Source: an uncultured Chloroflexia bacterium (GTDB lineage Bacteria > Chloroflexota > Anaerolineae > CG2-30-64-16). From it: DNA of 64,000 nucleotides. Shown here piece by piece: positions 62,603 through 64,000 of the stretch. The notes beneath the pieces were generated by a model that was not told the DNA's origin, searched no databases, and saw only the letters and a list, made by a program, of their open reading frames with translations. Where the stretch lies: contig CAWEMM010000010.1 of NCBI GenBank assembly GCA_963810095.1, positions 64,001 through 128,000 of the forward strand, written 5' to 3'. Made by a program: the position numbers and the translations under genes. Every line of letters starts with the position of its first letter. Position 1 is the first letter of the stretch.

Positions 62603-63136
62603 TTATGCTGACGGTTGCTCGAGCTGCGCAGCGCGCGCGTTGAGCACGTTCATCAACCCGCGGAGATTGCCGGCCAACACGTTGACCAGCCCGCTCATCG
62701 GGGACTGCAGGGTGCCGACGACCTGGGCTCGCAGCTGATCCTTAGTGGGCAGCTCCGTCAGGCTCTGGACACCGGCCGAATCGAATACCGACTGGCCCAG
62801 CAAGCCGCCGCGCAGCACCATGATCTTGCTGTCTTTGGCGAACTTGGTTAGCACCTTGGCCGGGGCCGCCACCTCGTCATAGCAGAAGGCGATGGCGACT
62901 GGGCCGGTGAGCAGCTCTTCGGGGGCGGGCAAGCCGACCTCGACGAGCGCACGGGCAATCAGGGTGTTCTTCGACACCGCCAGCTCGCTGTGGGCGCCGC
63001 GCAGATCACGGCGCAAGCCCTGAATCTGCTTCGTGGTCAGCCCGCGATACTCGCCGACGATGACCGCCTGGCTACGTCGTAGTTTTTCGACGTACTCGTT
63101 GACGATCGTTTCTTTCTTCTCGCGTGAGATTGCCAA
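62603..63136 (-). CDS. rplJ: 50S ribosomal protein L10
   Basis: YRGL, KNTL, L.GP, LP; TTG start after GGAGG. Confidence 0.96.
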   Translation of the reverse strand: MAISREKKETIVNEYVEKLRRSQAVIVGEYRGLTTKQIQGLRRDLRGAHSELAVSKNTLIARALVEVGLPAPEELLTGPVAIAFCYDEVAAPAKVLTKFAKDSKIMVLRGGLLGQSVFDSAGVQSLTELPTKDQLRAQVVGTLQSPMSGLVNVLAGNLRGLMNVLNARAAQLEQPSA

Positions 63137-63208
63137 GCGACATTCCTCCCTTCATCAGGTCCTTGTCTGTTTGTGCTGCCAGGCAGCAGAAACAGAACCG
63201 GTGAAAAC

Positions 63209-63246
63209 AAAAAAGCCCTCGCGCTGTGGGCAGGCGCGAGGGCTTT
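63209..63246 (-). terminator. attenuator terminator in the rplJ leader
   Basis: GCCCTCGCGC stem followed by a U-tract on the minus strand, upstream of rplJ. Confidence 0.75.
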
Positions 63247-63274
63247 GAAATACAAGTTTCAAGCACTCGGTTAC

Positions 63275-63333
63275 CGGCCTCGGCAGGCTCCCGCAGACGG
63301 GAATTAGGTCAGAGACACCTGCTGTCTTCAGCG
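63275..63333 (-). ncRNA. ribosomal protein L10 leader
   Basis: Minus strand GAAGACAGCAGG...TAA...CCTGCCGAGG, matching the L10-leader core between rplA and rplJ. Confidence 0.85.
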
Positions 63334-63370
63334 CTTCGAGCGTTTTTCGATTGTAAAATCCACACCCTGG

Positions 63371-63401
63371 AGAGCCAGGCTTCTGCTTGAAACCGGGTTT
63401 C
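63371..63401. repeat. family C repeat (degenerate pair) after the rplA stop
   Basis: AGAGCCAGGCTTCTGCTTGAAACCGGGTTTC. Confidence 0.65.
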
Positions 63402-63412
63402 GCTACGGTGCT

Positions 63413-64000
63413 TTACGCAGCGGTGGGCTTCATGGCCGAAGCGGCCAGGGTGTCGAGGCGAATGCCCGGCGCCATGGTGCTCGTCAGCGTCACACGCTTG
63501 ATGTAGATGCCCTTTGCGCCGGTGGGCTTGGCCCGGTTAACCGCGTCCATTAGCGCCGACAGGTTGTCCAGGATTTGCTCTTGCGTGAACTCGACCTTCC
63601 CGATGGGCACGTGGAGGTTGCCGGTCTTGTCGACCTTGAACTCCACACGGCCCTGCCGCGCTTCCTTGATCGCGCGGGGCAGGTCGTCGGGCTGCACGAT
63701 CGTGCCGGCCTTCGGATTCGGCATGAGGCCCCGGGTGCCCAGGACGCGGCCGAGACGGCCAACCTTACCCATGACCTGCGGCGTGGCGATCGCCATGTCG
63801 AAATCAAGCCAGCCGCCCTGAATCTTGGCAATCATGTCGTCGAGGCCGACAAAATCTGCCCCGGCCTGCTCGGCAAGCCGAGCGCCGTCGCCTTCCGCGA
63901 ACACGAGGATGCGGACGGTCTTGCCCAGGCCGGCAGGCAGCAGAACGGTGCTGCGGACCTGCTGGTCGGCGTGGCGGGGATCGACGCCCAAGCGGAAATG
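63413..64000 (-). CDS. rplA: 50S ribosomal protein L1 (5'-truncated by the window edge)
   Basis: [32 protein letters not shown]. Confidence 0.97.
   Translation of the reverse strand, partial: HFRLGVDPRHADQQVRSTVLLPAGLGKTVRILVFAEGDGARLAEQAGADFVGLDDMIAKIQGGWLDFDMAIATPQVMGKVGRLGRVLGTRGLMPNPKAGTIVQPDDLPRAIKEARQGRVEFKVDKTGNLHVPIGKVEFTQEQILDNLSALMDAVNRAKPTGAKGIYIKRVTLTSTMAPGIRLDTLAASAMKPTAA

Overview
High-GC bacterial window, most likely from an anaerobic Chloroflexota (Anaerolineae/Caldilineae-like). That assignment is inferred from gene content and a C-terminal FLPLLLR motif. Many conserved genes carry single-base frameshifts, consistent with long-read consensus errors. Bases ~0.5-39 kb form a formate/H2 energy island: a FocA-type channel, a NuoE + NuoF-GltD fusion + selenocysteine formate dehydrogenase (in-frame TGA plus SECIS), HdrCBA-MvhDGA (group 3c [NiFe] hydrogenase), hypABFCDE, three maturation proteases and two CBS proteins. 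It also holds an unusual signalling operon in which a NuoE/NuoF pair sits among three single-domain receivers, an ACT protein and a histidine kinase. A GxxExxY nuclease-like gene, bracketed by a perfect 20-bp inverted repeat built of 9-nt units, lies between mvhG and mvhA. About a dozen gene-less palindromes with the same 9-nt-periodic architecture sit at gene ends across the window, suggesting an autonomous/non-autonomous element family. Other palindromic repeats lie in-frame inside fdh, hdrA and mvhD. Downstream come a PqqD + radical SAM/SPASM + precursor peptide + C25 protease cluster, a two-component pair, livKHMGF, a cyclodeaminase, a caspase-family protein, a VanW protein and rplA-(L10 leader)-rplJ-rplL.
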